Assembly: GCF_004010195.1 (NCBI RefSeq)
Contig: NC_057752.1
Span: 13,876,586-13,920,833 of the forward strand
Reading direction: 5' to 3'
Length of the DNA: 44,248 bases
DNA from: Chiloscyllium plagiosum
Lineage: Eukaryota
Shown: positions 10,121 through 37,600 of the stretch, piece by piece
Numbering within the stretch: position 1 is the first letter of the stretch
How the letters are laid out: each line of letters begins with the position of its first letter
Program-made: the position numbers and the translations under genes
The notes under the pieces: generated by a model
What the model saw: the letters and a program-made list of their open reading frames with translations, nothing else
Databases searched by the model: none
What the model was told of the DNA's origin: nothing

Positions 10121-13100
10121 CTTCTAGGCTAGAAGTAGGGTGAAGGCCACAACCACATCAGCCATGATCTTAACGAATGGCGGAGTGGGCTCGAGAGGCT
10201 GACTAGCTGCCACCTGTTCCTATTTTTCAATGGCCTTACAAGTTCTTGATTCAGGCTGGCACTGAAACTAGACAGCCCTGGTATTAGGAGTGAATTCAGG
10301 CTGATTTTTAGATAAAACACTTTGGTACATTTTATTTTATTTCAAATGAAGTTGCCCTGAGACACCTTTATTTTGGCAGCGCTCTGTTCTGTGCCTAGAT
10401 GCAGCTCGCTTGTATGGTGATGTTTTTTTTTTCTGCAGCTGAGCTCCAGGGTTTAGAGTCTGACTCAGGCAAGGAAGAAAGCTGGAACACTATCTCTGAC
10501 ACCTTTTTAAAAAATTTTCTTCTGAGTTAGACGACAAACGTCTGAGAGATTACGACTCTTTTTTTTTTTAACCCAATCATGCCTGTCATGTAATGGAACA
10601 GGACCAACCAGTGAGCCCCTTCTATGCCATGTCCTGTGCCCTGTTGGCCTGAGTTGCTGTGAAAATGTTGGGGGATATCTAAATCTATCTGCTGACACCT
10701 CGCACTCCCCTGTAGATTTCTTGGGAGGGGGGTGGTATTCTGAAGGAGAGAGTAAGTGATTCCTGGAAGGGGGCTTAAAGCATTAGTGAGTCAGATTTGT
10801 GAATAATGAGTTTCTGGGCAAGATGGTGCCCAGCCTTGGGCAGCTGCCCTTGCATCGCCCCACCCCCAGGATTGCACAAACAAGAAGGGAATGCTTCCTG
10901 TCAAATTCCTGGAATAATCATCATCCCCTGGTGATTTCGACATTAACTTGAGATGAGCTTCGGCACTGGCTTTGCTCTGGGGTCTGGAGTCCTGGGCTGG
11001 GTGGGGTGTTTTTTTTTTTGGAAAGTTGCTATCCTTCCTTTTTCCTTCTGAGGTGTCAGCCAGGAAGTGCTCAGTGTGAGCTGGTTTTCATGTCTGTTTT
11101 GAAGCGAATAATGGGACATTGCTCTGGAATGAGTCCTCTTGGATCTTCAGCGCTCTGTCTCTCCCCACCCTCCGGTAGCCGGGAAATCTACCACTGAGTA
11201 AGAGGAACGGGAGTTCTGTTCCTTCCCCTTATTCTGACCCCTCCAAACCTTTAGTGCTTGCAATGAATTAAAAATTAGCATGCTCTGTGTCTTCACAACT
11301 GGGATTGTCAAGAATCGATTGATATTTCACAAAGAAATTGGAGGGGGCAGGATTTATGAATGTTGGAAATGCACCCCAAGAGATGAACAATTCGGATGCA
11401 AGCCCTTGTCTCAAACTTTAGTCAGCTTTGATACCACTGCTCTGTTTGCCTCTCCTGTTCAGGGTGCTGTGTATTTTCAGCAGTGACATGCCTTGTGTTC
11501 TCTTAATCCCACCGCACTCATCCACCATCTACACCACCAGCCCTCCCACCCAGTTTTCTGATCTACATTGGCTCCACACCACCCATCTCCCACCATGCTC
11601 ACCCAGTCTTCAAACCCCTTTTCTAATTTTGCCCCTTCCCATTTCTGTTGCTATCTAACCCTCTTGCCTTTTCTCCATCACCTCTCCTGCCTTTTCGACC
11701 ATTTTTACTGGTGGCTGTCCCTTTCGCTCTCCAGGAACGATGCCATGGATTTTCCTCTGTTAACATCTCCTGCTTTTTTACGTCTACCTTTTACCTCACT
11801 GGCCAAGTTTAGAGGTGCCATTTTACTCCCTTTCCTTTTGTGGCTGTTTCTGTATGATTTACATTTTCTGTGCAGTGCCTTGGAACATTTTTCTTAGGAA
11901 CACTTCTGTGATTCCCTTCTGTCGTCCCGGTTTGATGCGTGTACCAACCAAAGCAGTTGTGATCCATTTTTTTTTTTTTTTGCGGCTATTCGGCCCACTG
12001 GGTCTACATCGACCCACCGAAGAGCATTCCACCCAGACCCATTTCCTGTTGTTCGGAGCGGCTGCTCTATGCTGTGTTCTGACTTGCTTACAAATTTCCG
12101 AACAGCAATGGGGACTTATTCGTGACCCGCGGACTGCCTTTTTCTTTCTTTTTTTTCTCTCCAATTTCCCCCACCTCCACCCGAATTGCAGTCGCGAAAG
12201 CAGACTATCCAGGTGGTTGTGGGGAGCTTGCCGTGCACCAATGAACAGCAGTGACTTACATCTCAAAAGGCACCTCCATTGGGGGTGTCCAGTGGTCATC
12301 TGGGACCGGCATCGGTTGTCACGGCGATTCTGGTTTCCAGCAGGAGTCTGCAGGGCCGACTTTGGAAAGATCTTGCATTCTTCGAGTGACCACTTGGATT
12401 CACACAGTGGGGTGGGTGGGGCGGGGGTGCAGCGCAGTCTAACTCGAATTGGCTGCGATTGGAAGCTGCTGCTGGGAGGCGCCAGTGGATGTTTTTGTTT
12501 TTGGGAACGGTTGCTTTTGTGGGCGCGCTGACGTGAGGTCTGACCCTTTTTTTTTGCCCTAAAAGGTCGCCTTTTTGTTTTTGGAGGAGTTTGGGTCTTA
12601 TGACCAGGTGAGCCGCCATAGGCTCTGGATTGAAAAGGGATGGTCCCTTCCTGCCGCGATGGCGGAATTGTTTTAACACTTCAAACCGGCGTTGTGGCAG
12701 CATTAAGTCCTTGTGTGATTTTTAAGGGCGCAGGGCCTGTCGTGTCTGTGCAGGTCTGACACTGGTGATCACTGAGTCGGTGGATGCCAAACCAATGTTA
12801 GAAATTGGATTGGGTGTTGATGCTGGGGGGGGGGGGTGGAATGAAGCGGAAGATGCCAGACCAATTGGTTTTCTTTTCTTTTTAAATGGGGGGAAGGGGA
12901 TCGACGGTTACTGGGGAAAAGGCAGGAAAGTGGAGTTGAGGGTGATTGGATCAGCCATGACCATCACTGATTTAATATTCATTGTATCTTGTTACAAAAT
13001 ACATGTGCGACGTGTATTGGGACTCTTGACGCCATCTTAAAACACACACATGAACCAAAACACAAGATAAAGGCAGAACATAACGAAATAGTGTCCAACT

Positions 13101-13144
13101 TTACAGTCCTTCCTGTAAAATGCTGGGCTTGGTGGCCAGGCACT

Positions 13145-13180
13145 AGACCTGATGAAAGGCTGATGCCTGAAACGCTGTTT
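13145..13180 (+). ncRNA. Degenerate hammerhead motif with one core substitution
   Basis: AGAC-CUGAUGA-A-AGGC(UGAU)GCCU-GAAA-CG-CU-GUUU; the required U of the NUH triplet is C. Confidence 0.6.
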
Positions 13181-13272
13181 TTCCTGCTCCCTCGGATGCT
13201 GCCTGACCTGTGCTTTTCCAGCAACCTCCTCTGGACACTGATCTCCAGCATCTGCAGACCTCACTTTCTCCT
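13145..13272 (+). mobile_element. PLE terminal fragment, same family as 40731-40905
   Basis: Hammerhead-like core followed by CCTGCTCC..GGATGCTGCCTGACCTG..CTTTTCCAGCA..GATCTCCAGCATCTGCAG..CTCACTTTCTCC. Confidence 0.65.
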
Positions 13273-14899
13273 ACCTCGACCCTTTCACCACGTATTGGAT
13301 GCCTCGATGGGCTGAATGGCATGTCATTACTGAGGCCAGGGGTCTTGGTGCTGTGCTTCCCTATTTTTTTTTATTTATATACACACACACACACACCCCT
13401 TCCTAAACCCATTCATCCCAGACACTGGGAGGCGCTGAGCAGGGCAACCCAATACATTTGCTAAAGCACTGAGGGAGTGCAGACTGATTGTACATTGGGG
13501 TGGGCGCAGCCTTGTTACAAGTTCCTTTCAAATGATGGGATTTGTTTTATTTTTGTTTTTGACATTTGGATTGTTGCCAGCAGCTAGCTCTCGCCATAAC
13601 CTTGGTGATGGCCTCACAATGTCTTGTTCCCATTAATCATTGAAACCCTACAGTGCAGAAACAGGCCATTTGGCCCAACAAGCCCACACTGAATCAACAA
13701 AATCAAAAAGTTACTCTTCAGAGAGTAAGTCCGAGAGCACCTCATGCAAAGGGTGGGTGACCAGAGCATTCACTTGACTACATCTGCTTGGGCACTTGCT
13801 GACCTACTTTGGTGCCCACTCCAGTGAGGCTTCAGCTTTTTTTTGAATAAAAAGTTGAAGCCTTGTTTTCAGTTCACTCTTCGATCTCTATCTGGGTTTT
13901 GTTCTAACCTGTCTAGTATCCCCGATTTTGTGATTTGCTGGCTGTGCTTTCAGCTTGCCTGGGCCCCATGCTCTGGAATTCCCCCCCCCTGCCTGAGGTG
14001 TGGTCTCCTGATGGTTTGAGAGGGATTTTCCACTCCCCAGTGGATACTCTCACAGGAAGGCTGTCCCGACAATCACTCTGCAAAGTGAATCGATGCTCGC
14101 TGTTGTTATATTGTGTACATTCCAAAGTTTATAGCCTTTTTCCCACCTTTGCATTTAGTCTCCTAATGCCCTCTTTCTATTTACCTTTTTTCCTCCTGTT
14201 TCCAAACTGCCCACGACATTTCTGATTTCTCCCTCTCTGTCTCCTCCAAACGTGTTCAGTTGATCCAGCTAACTGAGGTGTCTCTGCACTTTTGAGGCCT
14301 AGTCAACAATTGATCTCAATGTTGCAGTGAGCCCCTTCTTTCTCTCTCCCCACTCTTGCCCTAACTCAATCAGTCAAGCGGGCAGGGGGCACAAATTTAA
14401 TATGGAAAGGAATTGAAACTGAATTGCTCCTTCCATCTCCTGGCCCATTATTCAGTCCAACTCGCTGTTTCTTCACAAGAATAGAAGAAACAGGCAGGAG
14501 TAGGCTGAAACTTGCTTGGCCACCCTGTAATTGCCGGGGATTGGAAGCTAATTTCCAGTTTACTGTTACTGATAATAGTGCTAAGCAAAATAAGACCTCT
14601 GAGACATTTATAATTTTTTTTTTAAAAAGTACTTCTGTTCACCAAGTAAACCAAAGATGTTGGATATAAGAGAGAGAGGAAAAAACTGTTTCAAGCAGTG
14701 GAAGAAATGAACGACCTTTTCTCCATTCACCTTGAAGATAGGGCACTGTATTGGCAGCATTAAAGAAACCATTCAGCCTATCTGCTCCTCCATTTGATAC
14801 AATTGTGGTTGATCTTTCACCCCCACCCCTTTTTTTAAATGTGTTCAACAGTGGAGGAATTTCCCCCCCCCCCCCCCCACATGTCTCCTGATCTCGGCA

Positions 14900-16110
14900 C
14901 TAAACCGAGATATATCCTTATATCCAACATCCTGAGACCTCTTTCCTCCTTCCCATCCCTGTGTTCTAGATAACCCCAGTCAAAGGGCAGCAACCTTTTC
15001 AGTACAGACCTGGTCCCAACCTTTCAGAATCGAGTCCTGTCTCAATGAGATCCCTGCTCGTTCTGCTCCACTCCAGAGAATATCAACCCAATTTACTCAG
15101 TCTCTCCTTATGGGATCGATTGAGTGAACTTTTGCTGTGCCACCTCCAATTTGAATGTAATCTTGAAATATGAAGACTAAATTTGCACACAACATTCTAG
15201 ATATGATACCACCAAAGCCCTATATGATTGTAAGCAAGCCTTCCTTTATTTCTATGTGCTCATCCCCTTCGCCTGCCTATGTGGTCATGTGATACGAGGA
15301 AGCTAGTGTGACCCCGTTATGTCATGTTTGTGCCCCAGATCGAAGCAAGGTGATTCAATGTAGCTGCAGGAGCAGGATGGAATTTCTGCCTGTCTCTGGA
15401 AAACTAACTCCGCCTATCCAGTCTCTCTCTTCACACTGCATCTCTCTAGCCCAGGCAACATCCTGGTGAATCTCCTCTGCATCCTCTCCAGTGCAATCCC
15501 ATCCGTCCTGTAGTGCAGTGACCAGAACTGCACACAGTCCTCCAGCTCTGCTCTAACTAATGTTATCTGCAGCCCTATCCTAACCTCCCAGCTCTTGCGT
15601 TCCATGTGTTGACTAATAGAGGCAAGTGCGCCATATGCCTCCTGGAAAAAGAGAGAGAGAGACTGTGTGTGTGTGTGTGTGTACATACAATCGAAGGGCA
15701 AAAAGAGACGAAGCAGGTTTACTGGTAATTACAAAATATGGATTGACAGTTGGAGATGCGAGCATGAAATATTGGATAAAATGATCATGAGCTTTAGTTT
15801 AAATGTCAGTTACTGGGCTCGACAGCACAGAAAAGTCCTTTCGGCCCATCGAGTCTACGCTAGTCCAAATCAACCCTCTAGCTATTCTAATTCCATTATC
15901 CGGTACTTGGTCCATAGCCTTGTATGTTTGGACATCGCAAGTGACCCATCGAAGTCCTCCTTCAATGTGCTGAGGGTTTCTGCCTCTCCCACCCTGACCA
16001 GGCAGGGAGTTCCAGATTCCTCACCACCCTCTGGGGGAGAAAGGGGTTTCCTCGCGTCCCCTCTTAAACTTCCTGCCCCTTCCCTTAATTCTATGCTGTG
16101 GTCGTGCGAT
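14900..16110 (-). mobile_element. Cluster of CR1 LINE fragments
   Basis: ORF 15414..15701(-) reads LVRAELEDCVQFWSLHYRTDGIALERMQRRFTRMLPGL; CR1 3'-end-like sequence near 15820-16100. Confidence 0.7.
15650..15682. repeat. Compound (GA)n(TG)n microsatellite
   Basis: Direct inspection. Confidence 0.85.
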
Positions 16111-16489
16111 ATAGTCATGTGGACTTTGTGAATAAGTGGTGATAGGATTGAGTAAATGTGACTTTTTGGAAACAGTCTGTTGAAATAGGCAATACCATTT
16201 TGAATGTGTACGTGAATCCCATGTGTGAATTCAGGTTTAAACACACAAACCTGAGCTTTGTGTGTCAGTGGATATCAAGGGTCAACTTGCCCTTTCACCT
16301 CCTTAGACAGCTTATCTACTTGCCTGTATTTAGAATTGCCAGCTATAATCTGTGGATTGTAATTGGGAGGGAAATGTTTACAGATGCAAAATTGGCTTAG
16401 CCGTAGAAGACCGAGGGTCGAGGGGTGTTTTTCTGACTGGAGATCTGGGACCAGTGGTGCTCTGCAATGATTAATGCTGGAACCTTTTT

Positions 16490-16710
16490 TGTTTATTGTT
16501 GTGGTTCTGTTCACCGAGCTGGAAATTTGTGTTGCAAACGTTTCGTCCCCTGTTTAGGTGACATCCTCAGTGCTTGGGAGCCTCCTGTGAAGCGCTTCTG
16601 TGGTGTTTCCTCCGGCAACAAAAAATTTTTTTGCAACAAAAATTTCCAGCTCGGCGAACAGAACCACAACAACGAGCACCCGAGCTACAAATCTTCTCAC
16701 AAACCTTGAA
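16490..16710. mobile_element. PLE fragment with inverted terminal duplication, inserted in CR1
   Basis: Inverted arms at about 16496-16538 and 16630-16672; hammerhead on the minus strand; GAACCTTT on both flanks (16480, 16708); CR1 sequence on either side. Confidence 0.7.
16534..16573 (-). ncRNA. Minimal type-I hammerhead ribozyme motif (PLE-associated), intact core
   Basis: Minus strand GCA-CUGAGGA-U-GUCACCU(AAAC)AGGGGAC-GAAA-CG-UU-UGC: stem I GCA/UGC, stem II with one A-G mismatch, palindromic ACGU, GUU triplet. Confidence 0.78.
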
Positions 16711-18177
16711 CCTTTGTATATATGTAGGAGGTCTGATTAGTAAGTTTGCAGATGACGTGAAAAATTGATGGAGTTATGGGTGGTGAGGAAGGTTGTCAAA
16801 GGATATAGATCAGTTGGAAAGTTGGGCAGGGAAATGGCAGGTGGAGTTTAATCCTGACAAGGGTGAGGTGATGCATTTTGGGAGGTCAAATCCAAGGGGA
16901 AAGTATACAGTAAAGGGCAGGACCCTTAGGAGCATTGATATCCGGAGGGATCTTGGGGTACAAGCCCACAGCTCCCTGAAAGGGGCAGCACACGTGGGTA
17001 AGGTGGTAAAGAGGGCAATACAGCATGTTTACCTTCATCAGGCAGGGCACTGAGTATACAAGGTGGCAGGTCACATTACAGCTGTATAAAACATTACTGA
17101 GGCCACATTTGGAGCATTGTGTGCAGCCCTGATAACTTTATCAGGGTCATGGATAGGGTGGGCGACTGGAGTCTTTTTTTTTCCCAGGGTGGAAATGTCA
17201 AATACTAGAGGGAGTAGGTTTATGGTTTGGGGCGGGGGGTGAAGTGAAATGAGATGTGCAAGGAAAGCCTTTTACCCAGACCGTAGTAGGTGCCTGGAAC
17301 ACACTGCTTGGGGGGAGGTGGTAAAACCCGATACAATAGCAGCATCGAACAGGCATTTACACAGACACGTGAACAGGTAGAGAATAGAGGGATATGGACC
17401 GTGTGCAGGCAGATGGGATTGGCTTAGAATGGCATCATGGTCAGCACAGACATGGGCCGAAGGGCCTGTTCCTGTGCTGTACTGTTCTGTGTTTTTAGTG
17501 AGGTGGGAAACAGAGGATTTATCATTGTAAGGCCCAGGCTGATTGAATTTATCTTGTCTGCACGATGAATGGAGTTTGACTTTGGGCCATCTTTTGTTTA
17601 ACCCTGTGGGTGTGATTGCTGTGGTATTAGGTCCCGTACTCCAATCTGTCTTGTGTCTCCGCGCTAAAGCGAAGCCTCGCTGCATTGCAATCTTGTGTGC
17701 TCTGTGCATGCGCAACTTTCAGCTTGCGCCATTTTACCCTGAGCGTGGGGCGGCCCCGGTGTCGATGTCTGGGGAGCTCTGTCTGTAACTGGTGCGTTCC
17801 TGGACTGGTATTGAGGACTCTGGAAGTTGGCTGAAATCAGGAAGGGTGCAGGGTGGCCGGTGAGGGGTTGGGGATACAGGAAACGTTTTGATTTTGACTT
17901 TGCTTTGTTTTGCTGTAAGAGGAACCATTTGAGGTTTTTTTTTGTGGGATCTGGGTGGCTGGCTTTTTTTTTTAAACCCTCCCCACTCCAATGAGTCCCA
18001 CAAATGTGCTGCATTGTGATGGCGCCCAATTGTATTGACTGACATGATAATAGCTATTATCCTAAAGTTGGCTTCTCTGCCCTGGATGGGCCTTGAGGCC
18101 ACTGCAGGTGGGATCAGAGTCCATTTGATTTCTTTTTCTGTGAGAGTCTAAAAGGCTTCTTTTTTTCTTCTTTCAAG

Positions 18178-34506
<16,329 letters not shown>

Positions 34507-34613
34507 GTAAGGCGAGGGGGAGAGAGAGAGAAAATGTGTCTGAACGAAGCAGGGAAGCATGGCATTGTGGACGCTAACCTACACCACCTGCCACTTTAGC
34601 TGCAGAGCAACGT

Positions 34614-34621
34614 CTACCTCA
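34614..34621 (+). promoter_or_regulatory. let-7/miR-98 8mer target site
   Basis: CTACCTCA starting 108 nt after the stop; proximal let-7 sites are known in ALK4/5/7 3'UTRs. Confidence 0.65.
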
Positions 34622-37600
34622 GTACACAAAGAGCCAATCCTGCAGACGTGTTGACTGTTGTATTTGGGGTAAAGGGGGAGGGGTGTCGGGAGGGAATGCA
34701 ACAGGGTGGTGGTGGGTGGGGGGGGGGGGGGTGGGGAGAGAAGGGTGTGATTTTTGAGGCAAGCAGAAGCCAAACTTGACTACAGTAAGTATTATGGATA
34801 ATTTTAACAGCAAATTACCACTTTCCATAATTTGGAATGAACAAGAGGGGCTTCCTGGCAACAGTGAAGCTTGGAACAGCTTGTGATTTTTAAGAATTGG
34901 TAACTGCGTGTTTGTTTTTCAACAAACAATGACTATATTTGACTTGTTTTGAAATTGCAATGTGCTCCTTAACCAACCCCCCCACCCCCAACCCCTTGAG
35001 TTGTGATATCTCTTTTAAATTTTGTTTTAGGGATTTTTTTGGTTGTTTTTACTGCCTTTGTTTTTTAAAAGGTCTGCATTAGAAGTGGAGAAGATTGTCC
35101 TCAGTTGTTTTTTATTGTTGTATGAAAGAATTTAAATAGTCAGGTAGAAGGAACAGGAGAAGCGATTTATTGAGATGTGTTCTCTGATCCTTCATCTTAA
35201 GAAACAGGTTTTCTGATTATTGCATGAGACAAGTTGACGTATCGGAGATCTACATCTTTTCATCTTCAGTGTAGCCTGACTGACCTGAGTGTATCCCTCC
35301 ATGATGCATCCTTTTCAACTCTTCAAATGGGTGTTACCCATTCAATGGTTCCTGATGGTAGAATCTGCTACCACTGCACTCATGGTGCTTTCAAGGGGAA
35401 GCTCCCAGGATTGGGGGGTGGGTGGACAACAGTACATCGTTGTGGAGCAGAATTAACTATATTTCTTCTGAACAACACAGGAATGCTTTAAAACATGAGC
35501 CCTTCACCACACCAAAGGCCCCTTCTGTTGCTCTGGTGTGAGATATTTGCACTACTGTCACATCCTCTGAGCTGGATGATCATGAGTTACCATTTGTGGT
35601 GACTATCATGTATTATGGTCACCATTTGCTGTCTGTCTTTTGGGCCTTTTGTTCCAATAGACTTTTTTTTTATTGAGACAAGCAGCCTAGGAGATTTCCC
35701 CACTCCACCCCACCCCAGCAACATCACTGCAGTTTGTCCGTTAACATTTTTTTAAAAAAAGCTGTTTTTCACTGAGATGTCAGAACAGCAGGGCTAAAGT
35801 GGCCAGCAGGAAAATGGGGGAGGCAAGATGGCCGCCATTTTGATCCCCACCGTGTTTTTTTTCCCTGGACATGAAGTGGGCCCATTTTGAGGTAATGAAT
35901 TCTTGAACTGCGGTGAAGGTGTTGACTTAATTTTAATTTTAGTGTCATTTCTTCCCCCACTCCCCAATTACAGTATCTTTAGGGGGCAGCTTTTGAATAT
36001 GCCCAGAAATAGCCCAGGCTGAATTATTTAGGACAAACGTTGGGCCCTAACCTCTGAGGGGTTTGCTTGTCATGGCCAAATAGGTAGTCCCCATTTGGGG
36101 CTTTGTTCCAATGAACTCCTTTTATTGAGACAAGCAGCCTAGGAGATCCCACAGGAAGGATGGCATTGCTGGGACTAAGGCCTTTGTTACCAGGAACCTC
36201 CTGTGTTCAAGTCCAAAACAGCTCAGCACTGCCCTCTGGTGGTTGCGTATTTATGAAAACTGATGGACAGACTTCTCGAAGCACACTGCACGGCACCTTG
36301 GGCCTTCACTGACTTTCTTGAGAAAGGAATGTCAGTATGTTTTATCTTGATTGTTTTTTTCCGTCTTCCTCTGTCCCCCACCACCCATTCCTCTTTCACT
36401 TGTCACCGAGCCAGTTTTTGTTTTGCAACTGGCCAAATGACATTCTTTTAGCAATTTGTTTTTTTTTATTGAGCTGGCTGTGTTTTTTAAATGAGCAATT
36501 TTTTTTTTTGAAGTGAGCCTTTGGGATTGCTCCAAATTTGAAGCAATTTAATGCCACATGAGGCCTGCGTAGTCAGCTTTGCGGCTGGCATGAGGCAGTT
36601 GACTTTGGGCACAAGGGGTAGTTGATCGAGCTCTTGGCACCATTCCAGGTTGCGGTGGGAGGGTGGGCAACACTTCCTCAGTGAGGGCAAAGATCACTGA
36701 TTTCAATCTCTCCATACGTCATTTTTTTTTTACGAAAGCTCGTGAGACGCTATCTGTGCAGGCCAGGGGGTGAAACTTCAAACCTGATTTGATGTGCTAC
36801 AGATTGCGTTATTTATGAAGTGAATCGTAACTTGGCTTTGTGGGGAGCAAAATAAAGTAAAATGCACTTTCCTTGTTTCTCCAACCGCTGGGCATTTTCA
36901 GTTGTCGGCCACCTTGAAAGCATGACGCTTTGGTCACTTTTTGATTGCTTTTAAATTGTGGATTAAAAGATTTATTGTCTGAGCAGCGCACTCTCTCTTG
37001 AGTGAGGGGCCTGCTCTTTAAAATTTGAAAAAGGTGTTGCCAAACCAATCTCCTGGACAATGAGGATATCGCTGCTTGAATACTGATCTCATGTCACTGA
37101 GGCAACAATGATGTGTGAGCTGTAGAAACAGGGCTATATTAAGGCTTTTTTTTTTGTCACCCTCTCATCTTGGCCCTGATTTGGCACAGCGTTAAGATCA
37201 GTGCTGTTGGGACTGTACCATTTAAAAAGGTTGGTAGATGCTTTTACTATGGCAGCTGTGCCCTTTTTTTCTTAGCCTTTTTGCCTCTCATGCAGCTGGT
37301 GTGAGCTGTCCTGGCATTGAATGCCCACTTGAATTGGCACTGAATGCCAAAATTGATTGGCATGTACTGCACGTGGGAATCTGTTACTCATTTAACTCCA
37401 AACTACTGACTTCTGCTCATCCTTTTTTTTTTAAAAAGAAAAGAAAAATTACCTCACGGTATGCAGATAGAAAATGTTACAAGTGTTCTGATGTGAAACT
37501 TGATATTTTAGACCTTGTATTTTGACTTTGACATGCTAGGTAAATTTAAGACTACTGCTGTTGTATAAACAAATCACTTGACATTTTGAATATTTTTGTA

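Larger units (their letters stand above)
16375..17492 (+). mobile_element. CR1 LINE RT/3' fragment, interrupted by a PLE insert
   Basis: ISKFADD motif (about 16737-16757), WAGKWQVEFNPDKGEVMHFG, RDLGV; 3' tail TGGGCCGAAGGGCCTGTTCCTGTGCTGTA. Confidence 0.88.

Noticed and set aside
11815..12531. 238-aa ORF and overlapping antisense ORFs as a novel gene
   Set aside because: They run through poly-T tracts and a SINE tail, with no domain or splice structure.
12659..12676. ATGGCGGAA (MAE), resembling the mammalian ACVR1B start, as exon 1
   Set aside because: It stops after five codons, and no signal peptide or phase-1 donor follows. Exon 1 is probably outside the window.
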